Below, piece by piece: positions 1 to 8,155 of a stretch of DNA of 62,400 nt. The notes below the pieces were generated by a model. The model was given only the letters and a program-made list of their open reading frames with translations, had not been told where the DNA came from and did no database searches. The stretch's first letter is position 1. Each line of letters opens with the position of its first letter. The stretch is from a virus (Duplodnaviria; Caudoviricetes). The DNA lies in IMG/VR virus record IMGVR_UViG_3300049561_000021, positions 1-62,400 of that record; one strand, written 5' to 3'. A program made the position numbers and the translations under genes.

Positions 1-146
1 ACGATCAAACTACTGTCTACTGGACTAATAATGAAGACGTTCAAGTAGTCACAGGATGCTTTCGAGGTAACCTCACACAGTTTAAGAAGGCTGTGAAAGA
101 AAGGCATGGAGAAAATGAGTATGCACAGCAATACTTAAAATTTATT
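1..146 (+). repeat. Dispersed direct repeat shared by three paralogs (copies start at 1, 3423 and 5300)
   Basis: 1-146 equals 3423-3568 exactly. The copy at 5300 has a few substitutions near its 3' end. Confidence 0.95.
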
Positions 147-179
147 CGAAAAGTAAACCAATATAGAAGCATTGAATGA
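1..179 (+). CDS. 3' end of a (Cys-x-x)n repeat family paralog (partial, begins before the window)
   Basis: Frame from nt 3 reads DQTTVYWTNNEDVQVVTGCFRGNLTQFKKAVKERHGENEYAQQYLKFIRKVNQYRSIE*. nt 1-146 are identical to 3423-3568. Stop overlaps the next ATG (ATGA). Confidence 0.9.
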   Translation, partial: DQTTVYWTNNEDVQVVTGCFRGNLTQFKKAVKERHGENEYAQQYLKFIRKVNQYRSIE

Positions 180-499
180 GATATTTTATAATAGCAAAAC
201 CAAATGAAAACTACATTTGGAAAAGTACATTTAAACATTGTACTATAAACGCAGTACTTGAGGATGAACATATTTCTTTCCTCGAATACTTTAACGGGCG
301 AGTAAATCCTTTATCCGAGGAATTAGTATTATCACTATTTCCTATTGATGTAACGTTAAGAGATCGTCCATTTCTCATAAAAGAAAATGAAATATTCTAT
401 ACTATTCTAAGACGTAAAAATCCTAGATATAAAGAAAAATATTCATTATTTTTAGAAAAATTAAAAACAAGAAAAATAGTAAGGAGGAAAATAAAATGA
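176..499 (+). CDS. hypothetical protein
   Basis: 107-aa ORF with ATGA overlaps at both ends. Confidence 0.65.
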   Translation: MRYFIIAKPNENYIWKSTFKHCTINAVLEDEHISFLEYFNGRVNPLSEELVLSLFPIDVTLRDRPFLIKENEIFYTILRRKNPRYKEKYSLFLEKLKTRKIVRRKIK

Positions 500-726
500 C
501 AAAACAAGAAAAAGTACTTTGGATAAATATAATTGGCTTTATTCTAGATGAAGATGTTCAAGATAATTTAACAAGATCAAAACAAATTTCTTATTTAGCA
601 AGAAAATATAAAATAGAAAGAAAATATAAAATAGAAGAAAATACTCAAAAAATGACTGAACAAAAAAAAGCCATGGACTGGTGGTCTTCATTATCTATTG
701 AAAAAAGAAAACGGTTATTACATTGA
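496..726 (+). CDS. hypothetical protein with an 18-bp tandem duplication (RKYKIE x2)
   Basis: AGGAGG upstream; agaaaatataaaatagaa repeated at 601-636. Confidence 0.55.
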   Translation: MTKQEKVLWINIIGFILDEDVQDNLTRSKQISYLARKYKIERKYKIEENTQKMTEQKKAMDWWSSLSIEKRKRLLH

Positions 727-787
727 TGACCAAAACAATAGCTGGTCAGAAGAAGTTTATAAAGAATTTAAAAGGAGAAAAATATGA
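698..787 (+). pseudogene. Relic or mini-ORF of the Cys-repeat family N-terminus
   Basis: TTG-KKENGYYIDDQNNSWSEEVYKEFKRRKI*, compared with MKKENGYFIDDQNNRWSEE at 2918; stop overlaps the ATG at 784. Confidence 0.7.
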
Positions 788-1011
788 AAACATATTTTGT
801 AATAAAAGACAAAACCGCAGGTAGTCATAATGGTATAACTAAAGAATATATTGATGAAAAAGGTAATGGTACATCATTACTTGAAAATGCAAAATTTTAT
901 GAAACTTTTGCAGAAGCTCAAAAAGTTATAGAAGATAATTCAATTGAAAATGAAGACCCTTTTAAAATCTTATGGAATGAATGGGCTTATGTATCAGAAG
1001 AAGAAATTTAA
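784..1011 (+). CDS. hypothetical protein
   Basis: 75-aa ORF, AGGAG upstream. Confidence 0.7.
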   Translation: MKTYFVIKDKTAGSHNGITKEYIDEKGNGTSLLENAKFYETFAEAQKVIEDNSIENEDPFKILWNEWAYVSEEEI

Positions 1012-1016
1012 ACTAT

Positions 1017-2609
1017 ATGAAAACCGCCACACTTGCAAAAGATTCTAATGGGAGGAGATTAATTAAATTGAAGTTTCCTCCTAATAAAAAGGATATTGCC
1101 AATATGAAAACACTTACTATTAGAAATTATCATAGTAGTATTGATTGCTGGTCTATTCCTCTTACTAAAGAAAATTTGAAAAAAGTAATGGAATGGGATT
1201 TTATCATTGACAAGAGATTAGAAGCATTTCTTTTAAACGATATAGATGAGAAATATATAGTTCCCGGTTTAAAAGGTACACTTCGATCATTTCAAAATAT
1301 TGGTGTCCAATTTATCGAACAACACAATGGTTGTTGTTTAATTGCAGATGAACAAGGCCTTGGCAAGACAATAGAGGCAATAGGATATTTACAACTTCAT
1401 CCAGAAATGCGTCCTGCACTTATTGTAATGCCTGCATCGGTAAAAATAAATTGGGCAAGGGAAATTAAAAATTGGATGAATCCCGTTCCACATATTCAAA
1501 TCTTAAATGGACAAACACCTTATGAAATACTAGGAAATATTGTTATAGTTAATTATGACATATTGACATATTGGACAAAGGAATTAGTCAAACAAGAATT
1601 TAAAATAATGATTCTTGATGAAGCACATTTCATAAAAAACAGTTCAACAAAACGAATATCTGCAATAAGGAAAATTAAAAAAAATATACCTCATAGAATT
1701 GCATTAACAGGTACACCTATTGAGAATTGCCCGTATGAATTATTTAATGCTATAAATTTTGTTGATCCAACTATATTCCCAGATCAATGGGCGTATATAT
1801 GGGACTACTGTGATCCTAAAAAAGATGAATGGGGATGGAAATTTAATGGTGCAGCAAATACCGCAGAATTGCATCAAAAATTAATTTCTACGATAATGCT
1901 TCGTAGACTTAAGAAAGATGTATTACCTGAACTTCCTGAAAAAATAAGAACAATTGTTCCAATTGAATTAGAAAATAAAAAAGAATATTCCAAAGCGGAA
2001 GCAGATTACAAATCGTTTGTAAAAGCAAATTTAGTTAATGGTCATATTGATTCAAAAGCCTTTTTAAATGCAAAAGCAAGAACAGAAGGATTAAAACAAT
2101 TTGCTGTTCAAGGTAAACTCAATGGGGTTGTTAAATGGATTGAGGATTATCTTGAAACTGAAGGAAAACTCGTTATTGTCACTACACATACATTTGTGAT
2201 AAACCTATTGATCAAATCATTTCCAAAAATAGCAGTAAAACTTGATGGTTCAGTAATCGGAGCAAAGAGACAGGAAGCAATTGATTCCTTTCAAAATGAT
2301 TTGAATACTAAATTATTTATTGTAAATTTGAAAGCTGGAGGAATTGGAATTACCTTGACAGCAGCAAGTAATATGCTTGTAGTAGAATTAGGTTGGAATC
2401 CAAAACAAATGGACCAAATGGAAGATAGGATTCATAGGATTGGTCAGACGAAAGGGGTAAACATTTATTATGCTATTGCAATAAATACTATCGAAGAAAA
2501 AATAGCAGAACTACTTGATGCAAAAAGAAAGATAGTTGATGCAATTACAGATGGAATAGAAACTGAAAATGAATCTTTACTAATAGAATTAATGAAAGAA
2601 TATCTATAA
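1017..2609 (+). CDS. SNF2-family helicase (SMARCAL1/HARP-like)
   Basis: IADEQGLGKT (motif I), ILDEAH (II), LTGTP (III), GITLT and QMEDRIHRIGQ (VI); start taken at ATG 1017. Confidence 0.93.
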   Translation: MKTATLAKDSNGRRLIKLKFPPNKKDIANMKTLTIRNYHSSIDCWSIPLTKENLKKVMEWDFIIDKRLEAFLLNDIDEKYIVPGLKGTLRSFQNIGVQFIEQHNGCCLIADEQGLGKTIEAIGYLQLHPEMRPALIVMPASVKINWAREIKNWMNPVPHIQILNGQTPYEILGNIVIVNYDILTYWTKELVKQEFKIMILDEAHFIKNSSTKRISAIRKIKKNIPHRIALTGTPIENCPYELFNAINFVDPTIFPDQWAYIWDYCDPKKDEWGWKFNGAANTAELHQKLISTIMLRRLKKDVLPELPEKIRTIVPIELENKKEYSKAEADYKSFVKANLVNGHIDSKAFLNAKARTEGLKQFAVQGKLNGVVKWIEDYLETEGKLVIVTTHTFVINLLIKSFPKIAVKLDGSVIGAKRQEAIDSFQNDLNTKLFIVNLKAGGIGITLTAASNMLVVELGWNPKQMDQMEDRIHRIGQTKGVNIYYAIAINTIEEKIAELLDAKRKIVDAITDGIETENESLLIELMKEYL

Positions 2610-2634
2610 ATTATATTAACTAATACTTTTAACT

Positions 2635-2897
2635 ATGTCAGTACAAATTTTAGGACTTATGTCAATGATTGCTAATACCATTCCACAAGAATTTTTAGTA
2701 GCACAATTAAAACACGCCCCAACCCCCATGAAAAATCGATTATGGAAGGAGGGAATGAGAAGGAAGAAATTGAAAAATTAGGACCGTTCTATATGATGGT
2801 TTTAATGAAAATAGAAGGGTCAGATCCATTTAAAATAATGGAAGATATTGAAGGTATAGAAAGAGTGAGGAATTTATTAAATCCAAATGCATCTTAA
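2635..2897 (+). pseudogene. Small gene interrupted by a frameshift at a C-tract
   Basis: MSVQILG...HAPTP in one frame and HEKSIMEGGNEKEEIEKL...NPNAS* in the -1 frame. One extra C at 2723-2727 gives an 87-aa ORF filling the gap. Confidence 0.6.
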
Positions 2898-2917
2898 AAC
2901 AAAATAAACTTAAACCA

Positions 2918-3604
2918 ATGAAAAAAGAAAACGGTTATTTTATTGATGACCAAAATAATAGATGGTCAGAAGAATTCGAATCAGAAGAATCAGCACGGCT
3001 GAAAAGTCTGACATTGATTGAGTGCAAATATTGCACAGAGTGCAGAGATTGCACAGAGTGCAGAGATTGCACAGAGTGCAGAGATTGCAGATATTGCACA
3101 GAGTGCAGAGAGTGCACAGAGTGCAGATATTGCAGATATTGCAAATATTGCACAGATTGCATAGGTTGCACAGAGTGCAGAGAGTGCACAGATTGCAGAT
3201 ATTGCACAGATTGCAGATATTGCACAGATTGCGGATATTGCACAGAGTGCAGAGGTTGCACAGAGTGCACAGATTGCAGAGGTTGCACAGAGTGCAGATA
3301 TTGCACAAATTGCACAGATTGCAGAGAGTGCACAGAGTGCAGATATTGCACAGATTGCAGAGGTTGCAAAAACTACAAAGAAAACCCTCAACGTTTAATC
3401 TCTCCTAAAATTGGTTCAAGAAACGATCAAACTACTGTCTACTGGACTAATAATGAAGACGTTCAAGTAGTCACAGGATGCTTTCGAGGTAACCTCACAC
3501 AGTTTAAGAAGGCTGTGAAAGAAAGGCATGGAGAAAATGAGTATGCACAGCAATACTTAAAATTTATTGAACAAGCAAAATTTAATATTAATTTATGGAT
3601 ATAA
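2918..3604 (+). CDS. (Cys-x-x)39 repeat protein with conserved C-terminal GSR...GCF.G domain
   Basis: 39 consecutive CxxC-phased units, then IGSRNDQTTVYW...GCFRGNLTQF...HGENEYAQQY. Confidence 0.85.
   Translation: MKKENGYFIDDQNNRWSEEFESEESARLKSLTLIECKYCTECRDCTECRDCTECRDCRYCTECRECTECRYCRYCKYCTDCIGCTECRECTDCRYCTDCRYCTDCGYCTECRGCTECTDCRGCTECRYCTNCTDCRECTECRYCTDCRGCKNYKENPQRLISPKIGSRNDQTTVYWTNNEDVQVVTGCFRGNLTQFKKAVKERHGENEYAQQYLKFIEQAKFNINLWI
3023..3373 (+). repeat. 9-bp minisatellite (TGC-ANA-GAN type units), 39 units
   Basis: Units tgcacagag, tgcagagat, tgcagatat, tgcacagat, tgcagaggt in tandem. Confidence 0.95.
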
Positions 3605-4533
3605 TTCGATTATATGAAGATTATTCTATTCCAATAGCTGAACAAGGTAATAAACATTGTACTCCTGGTTGGATAAATACACACTGTCCATTTTGTGAAG
3701 GTACTCAAAATTATCATTTAGGATATAATATGCATTATAATTATTTTACATGTTACAGATGTGGATTTCATTGGATACCTATAACTATTTCTAAACTTCT
3801 TGAAATAAGTGAAACCGAAGCAAAGAAAATATTAAAACAGTATGGGAATACAATATCTCACAAAGAATCTATTGTAAAAATAGGAACTAAACCTTTTAAA
3901 CTACCAAGTAATTCTCTTTCTTTGCAAATAAATCATAAAAAATATTTAGAAAATAGAGGATTTGATCCTGAAAAACTAGAACGAGAATTTGGATTACTTG
4001 GTACAGGTCCAATTAGTAGGATTAAAGATAAAAATTATAATATAGATTACCGATTTCGTATTATAATCCCATTTTATTGGGAAGATAAAATTGTGTCGTT
4101 TGATTCAAGAGACATTACAAATCAGCACATAGCAAAATATATGGCTTGTCCAAAAGATCGCGAAATTATTCCTCACAAATCAATTCTATATATGAGCCGT
4201 TTCTTGCCGCAAGAGCAATTCAAGACTGCAATTTGTGTTGAAGGTCCCTCCGATGTATGGCGTATGGGACGATCTTCATTTGCTACGTCAGGAATTGGGT
4301 TTACTACCGATCAAGTACATATAATATCAAAAATGTCGTTTAAACGAGTCGCAGTAATTTTTGATGGACCTAGCGAAACTTCAAAAGAATTAGAAGCACA
4401 TAATAAAGCAAGTATTCTAATAGGTGAATTAAAATTTAGAGGAATAGATGCTTTTAGAATTAAAATTAAAGGAGATCCAGGATCAATGAAACAGGAAGAT
4501 GCAGATTATTTAGTAAAACAAATATTAACTTAA
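3595..4533 (+). CDS. DNA primase (Zn finger plus TOPRIM)
   Basis: HCPFC...CYRCG zinc domain, RIIIPF, ICVEGPSD, VIFDG, GDPG. Confidence 0.88.
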   Translation: MDIIRLYEDYSIPIAEQGNKHCTPGWINTHCPFCEGTQNYHLGYNMHYNYFTCYRCGFHWIPITISKLLEISETEAKKILKQYGNTISHKESIVKIGTKPFKLPSNSLSLQINHKKYLENRGFDPEKLEREFGLLGTGPISRIKDKNYNIDYRFRIIIPFYWEDKIVSFDSRDITNQHIAKYMACPKDREIIPHKSILYMSRFLPQEQFKTAICVEGPSDVWRMGRSSFATSGIGFTTDQVHIISKMSFKRVAVIFDGPSETSKELEAHNKASILIGELKFRGIDAFRIKIKGDPGSMKQEDADYLVKQILT

Positions 4534-4543
4534 AATAAAAAAT

Positions 4544-4882
4544 ATGATGACAAAAAGTAAACAATGGATTTGTAATTCTCCAAATTTTCAGAATACTCCT
4601 AAACCTACTGAAACAGAAAAAGAAGATTGGTCTTTGGTAAAATCTTACATTACTTTCTCAGATCCCCCACATCTAAGATATTTAAATGTAGAATCAACTG
4701 AAGTACTCCGAAAAGGAAACATTAATTTTTTAAGTACTTTAACATGGAAAACTAAAGAAGAAGTAGAAAAATTATATGACAATTGCTATAATAGATTATG
4801 TTTTCATTATAAAGATTCTCTTTTTAATTCTCATGACTTACACGAAAGAACATTACTTGAAGTAAAACGATTATTAAAATAA
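4544..4882 (+). CDS. hypothetical protein
   Basis: 112-aa ORF within the operon. Confidence 0.6.
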   Translation: MMTKSKQWICNSPNFQNTPKPTETEKEDWSLVKSYITFSDPPHLRYLNVESTEVLRKGNINFLSTLTWKTKEEVEKLYDNCYNRLCFHYKDSLFNSHDLHERTLLEVKRLLK

Positions 4883-4893
4883 ACTTAACACCA

Positions 4894-5481
4894 ATGAAAA
4901 AAGAAAACAACTATTACGTAGACGAAAGAAACAACAAGTGGGACATGCACTATGAATCAGAAGCATCAGCACGGGTGAAAAGTCTGACGTTGATTAATTG
5001 CACAGAGTGCACAGGTTGCAGAAATTGCAGAGAGTGCACAGGTTGCACAGATTGCACAGATTGCAGATATTGCAGATATTGCAGATATTGCAAATATTGC
5101 AGAAATTGTGCAGGTTGCACAGGTTGCACAGGTTGCACAGAGTGCACAGATTGCAGAGGTTGCACAGAGTGCAGATATTGCACAAATTGCACAGATTGCA
5201 GAGAGTGCACAGAGTGCACAGAGTGCACAGGTTGCACAGGTTGCAAAAACTACAAAGAAAACCCTCAACGTTTAATCTCTCCTAAAATTGGTTCAAGAAA
5301 CGATCAAACTACTGTCTACTGGACTAATAATGAAGACGTTCAAGTAGTCACAGGATGCTTTCGAGGTAACCTCACACAGTTCGAGGAGGCTGTGAAAGAA
5401 AGGCATGGAGAAAATGAGTATGCACAACAATACTTGAAGCTAATTAATATTATAAACTATATAATTAATCAAACTTTATGA
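4894..5481 (+). CDS. (Cys-x-x)28 repeat protein, paralog of 2918..3604
   Basis: Similar N-terminus (MKKENNYYVDE...KSLTLI), 28 Cys units, near-identical C-terminal domain. Confidence 0.85.
   Translation: MKKENNYYVDERNNKWDMHYESEASARVKSLTLINCTECTGCRNCRECTGCTDCTDCRYCRYCRYCKYCRNCAGCTGCTGCTECTDCRGCTECRYCTNCTDCRECTECTECTGCTGCKNYKENPQRLISPKIGSRNDQTTVYWTNNEDVQVVTGCFRGNLTQFEEAVKERHGENEYAQQYLKLINIINYIINQTL
4999..5250 (+). repeat. 9-bp minisatellite, 28 units
   Basis: Largely the same unit set as 3023-3373, in a different order. Confidence 0.95.
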
Positions 5482-5915
5482 AACATACTTTAAAAGGAAT
5501 AACTTCCACAAAAACAGTTTATCTAAATGGAAAGCTGATCAGTCCTGAAGAAATAAAATCTACTCATAAATATGATGTAGCTTCTTTTGACTGGGGAATT
5601 GATAACATCCATTGCACAAAACTTGCAATAGCAATTATGTTAACGTTAACTGACTCAACAACTGGATATAAATCTCTTAAAAACTGCTTACTTTTAAATT
5701 TAAATCAAAAAGAAGATTTTGATATTGAATTTGAACACATAAGTACAGCTCGAAGAAATGCAATGCGAATGGCTCACTCACATAACAAATTTTTAACTAC
5801 AGAATTTCTTATGAAAAAATCAGACAAAGAGCTATGCTGTTTTGTACACCCATTTTATAGAGAAGATTGTGAAATGGAATTAGGACTACGTACTGAAAGA
5901 TTAAAAAGATTATAA
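5478..5915 (+). CDS. hypothetical protein (DUF6166-like FxWG motif)
   Basis: VYLNGK...SFDWG...LAIAIML. Confidence 0.55.
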   Translation: MKHTLKGITSTKTVYLNGKLISPEEIKSTHKYDVASFDWGIDNIHCTKLAIAIMLTLTDSTTGYKSLKNCLLLNLNQKEDFDIEFEHISTARRNAMRMAHSHNKFLTTEFLMKKSDKELCCFVHPFYREDCEMELGLRTERLKRL

Positions 5916-5919
5916 TTTA

Positions 5920-5951
5920 TTTGGAAGTGTAAATTCTATTTTTGATATTTG
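5920..5951 (+). promoter_or_regulatory. Bacteroidota-type sigma70 promoter (-33 TTTG, -7 GATATTTG)
   Basis: TTTG 5920-5923, 20-nt spacer, GATATTTG 5944-5951 (consensus TAnnTTTG, one mismatch). Confidence 0.6.
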
Positions 5952-5960
5952 TAAAATGTT

Positions 5961-6055
5961 TTTGCAATGCGGAGCAAATCAACTCGAACTCATATATTCT
6001 AAATATAGTAACCTGTAAGGGGAGGCGCCGCATCGCTGAACCTTACAGGTTTTTT
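5961..6055 (+). promoter_or_regulatory. Structured leader: two hairpins with complementary loops, the second ending as an intrinsic terminator
   Basis: Stem 1 TTTGC/GCAAA with loop AATGCGGA. Stem 2 AACCTGTAAGG/CCTTACAGGTT with inner GGCG/CGCT and loop CCGCAT. T-tract at 6050-6055. Confidence 0.75.
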
Positions 6056-6071
6056 ATTTAAATTATTCCAT

Positions 6072-6353
6072 ATGAAAAGAACTCATTTTAAATTTCCTGA
6101 TGCCATTAATTGCAGTCCTAAAAAAGATTATATTACAATAAATAAAAAAATATGTGATTTAATATATAATGGAAATTTTAAAAACCCTAGTGACTTAATG
6201 GCTTTACACGTCCTTATTTCTTTTACAGAAAAAATATCAGTTACACAAATAATGTCATATTATAACTGGTCAGAAACAAAAGTAATTAAAACACATAAAC
6301 TCTTAAAAGAAAAAATATGGAAAGAAATAGAGATTTTGCAAAATCTTGTATAG
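6072..6353 (+). CDS. hypothetical protein, possibly winged-HTH
   Basis: 93 aa; pattern ISVTQIMSYYNWSETKVIKTHKLL; upstream of the initiator. Confidence 0.55.
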   Translation: MKRTHFKFPDAINCSPKKDYITINKKICDLIYNGNFKNPSDLMALHVLISFTEKISVTQIMSYYNWSETKVIKTHKLLKEKIWKEIEILQNLV

Positions 6354-7204
6354 TTAATACTCTTCGATCAACAGCATTTCTACCTGTAAATAAAAAGTTA
6401 ATCAAAGAATTAGGAATTATTACTACTGTAATTGTTTGTAATTACATTGATAAAGATACTTTTTTTACTCTTGAAAATCCTAAAAGTGATGGGTGGTTTT
6501 ATTTAACTCACAACCAACAAATGGAAGAATTAAATGTTGGAGATTTTACGATTAGAAAAGTAAAACTTTTCTTAATTGAAAATGGATTTATTCAAACAAA
6601 AAAGAAAGGAATGCCAGCAAAAGAATGGATAAAAATAAATTATAGTAAAATACTTAATTTATTTCAACAAACAATTCCGTTGAAATCAACAAACAATTCC
6701 GTTGAAATCGACGACCATGGTCGTCGAAATCAACGACCATATATAAATAACAAATATATCAATAACAAAAATAACAATAAAATTAAATTACATTCTCCCT
6801 CACAGGAGGAAGCCCCAATTAAAAAACCTCTATCCAAAGAAAGAAACAAAATATACTTACCATTAGCAAATCAATTAGCAGAAATAATCACTTCCAATAA
6901 AAATATGCACCATACTCCATCTCAAATAGAAGCATGGGCAAATGAAATTAGACATATTGTAGAAACATCCAAAATATCTATTGAGCGTGTAGAAAAGGTT
7001 CTTTCATGGTATGAAAATAATTATGGAGGAAAATACATTCCAGTAGTTGAATCAGGTGCTTCATTGCGTGAAAAATTTCTTAGATTAGAAGCAGCTATGC
7101 AAAAAAATGGCTATAAAGATACTGGTTTAAATAAAAAAGCATATCAAAGTGCATTAACTAGTGATTTTCGAAATACAGATGAATGTATAACTAATATTAA
7201 ATAG
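6317..7204 (+). CDS. Phage replication initiator (lambda O-like organisation)
   Basis: N-terminal wHTH-like region (DGWFYLT...EEL...LIENGFI...GMPAK), internal iterons, C-terminal SGASLREKF domain; followed by a DnaC-like loader. Confidence 0.75.
   Translation: MERNRDFAKSCIVNTLRSTAFLPVNKKLIKELGIITTVIVCNYIDKDTFFTLENPKSDGWFYLTHNQQMEELNVGDFTIRKVKLFLIENGFIQTKKKGMPAKEWIKINYSKILNLFQQTIPLKSTNNSVEIDDHGRRNQRPYINNKYINNKNNNKIKLHSPSQEEAPIKKPLSKERNKIYLPLANQLAEIITSNKNMHHTPSQIEAWANEIRHIVETSKISIERVEKVLSWYENNYGGKYIPVVESGASLREKFLRLEAAMQKNGYKDTGLNKKAYQSALTSDFRNTDECITNIK
6664..6790. repeat. Putative replication origin: 22-bp iterons, 20-bp palindrome and AT-rich tract
   Basis: tcaacaaacaattccgttgaaa at 6664-6685 and 6686-6707; perfect palindrome tcgacgaccatggtcgtcga 6708-6727; partial fourth unit at 6730; then an A/T-rich run. 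Confidence 0.75.
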
Positions 7205-7205
7205 T

Positions 7206-7790
7206 ATGAAAGAAGTAAATAATTTTATGAAAAGATGGCCAGAGGAAGAGCCTTTCTTTTACACCAAAGTGCTTTCTTTATTTCCATATATTGTTGGAAA
7301 AGCTTTACAAAAATTACCATTTCCAAAAGAATTAGAGAAAGGTATAGGTGAAGGGCAATACATTTGGGGACCTAATGGAACAGGGAAAACAGTGTATGCA
7401 GCATTTATGTTAGTTTCAGAGATAAAAAGTGAATTTGATTTAAAAAATAATATTTTTATCTCTTCTGTTGAATTACTTTCAAAGTTTAGAAGCAGCTATG
7501 TCAAAAATTCTTCTGAAAGTGAAATTGAAATTTTAGATAGATATAGTAAAGCAAATATATTAGTATTAGACGATTTTGGAGTTGAAAAATCAACCGAGTG
7601 GGCTTATCAAATGCTTTATTTGTTAATCAATAGGCGGTATGAAAACATGCTAACTACGATTTTCACTTCTAATTTAACATTAGGTGAGTTAGGTGAAAAA
7701 TTAGGAGATAATCGAATTCCATCAAGAATACAAGGTATGAGCAAAATAATAAATATGGCAGGAAACGACTTTAGAGCAGAAAGATTATGA
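7206..7790 (+). CDS. DnaC/IstB-like AAA+ helicase loader
   Basis: WGPNGTGKT, LVLDDFG, LINRRYE, TIFTSN, RIPSRI. Confidence 0.9.
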   Translation: MKEVNNFMKRWPEEEPFFYTKVLSLFPYIVGKALQKLPFPKELEKGIGEGQYIWGPNGTGKTVYAAFMLVSEIKSEFDLKNNIFISSVELLSKFRSSYVKNSSESEIEILDRYSKANILVLDDFGVEKSTEWAYQMLYLLINRRYENMLTTIFTSNLTLGELGEKLGDNRIPSRIQGMSKIINMAGNDFRAERL

Positions 7791-8155
7791 AAGAACGATT
7801 AGTAACATTAGAAACAGCTAAATTAGCTAAAGAAAAAGGATTTAACTGGCCTTGTAATGACTATCATAATAAAAGAGATGGAAATTATATATCAAGTGAA
7901 ACCATTATGATAAGTTATCATGATTATAATTCTCAAATTAACAACACCTCTCTTCCGACACAATCTTCACTCCAAAAATGGCTAAGAGAAGTGCATACTA
8001 TTTATATTAATATTAGATATTACTGTCATCCAGAAGAGGGATTTGAGGTTGGTCTTTTTCCTGAAAATATGGATGTTGTACATTTATATGATTTTAAAAC
8101 TTATGAAGAAGCATTAGAAATCGGATTACAAGAAGCATTAAAGTTAATTAAATGA
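7787..8155 (+). CDS. hypothetical protein of a type I associate with Bacteroidota phages
   Basis: ETAKLAKEKGF...PTQSSLQKWLREVH...YEEALEIGL. Confidence 0.7.
   Translation: MKERLVTLETAKLAKEKGFNWPCNDYHNKRDGNYISSETIMISYHDYNSQINNTSLPTQSSLQKWLREVHTIYINIRYYCHPEEGFEVGLFPENMDVVHLYDFKTYEEALEIGLQEALKLIK

Noticed and set aside
3023-5250. CRISPR array interpretation of the repeats
   Set aside because: The units are 9-bp tandem copies with no unique spacers, and no cas genes are present.
2935-5285. Alternative-frame and antisense ORFs over the 9-bp repeats (LHRVQR, CNLCTL, AICAIS, QYLQSV types)
   Set aside because: They arise from a stop-free 9-bp unit. Only the Cys-x-x frame has a leader, conserved flanking domains and coupling to neighbouring genes.
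1-5440. Diversity-generating retroelement (TR/VR) interpretation of the three near-identical copies
   Set aside because: No reverse transcriptase is in the window, two copies are identical, and the third differs at T and G as well as A. All copies are coding. An RT outside the window cannot be excluded.
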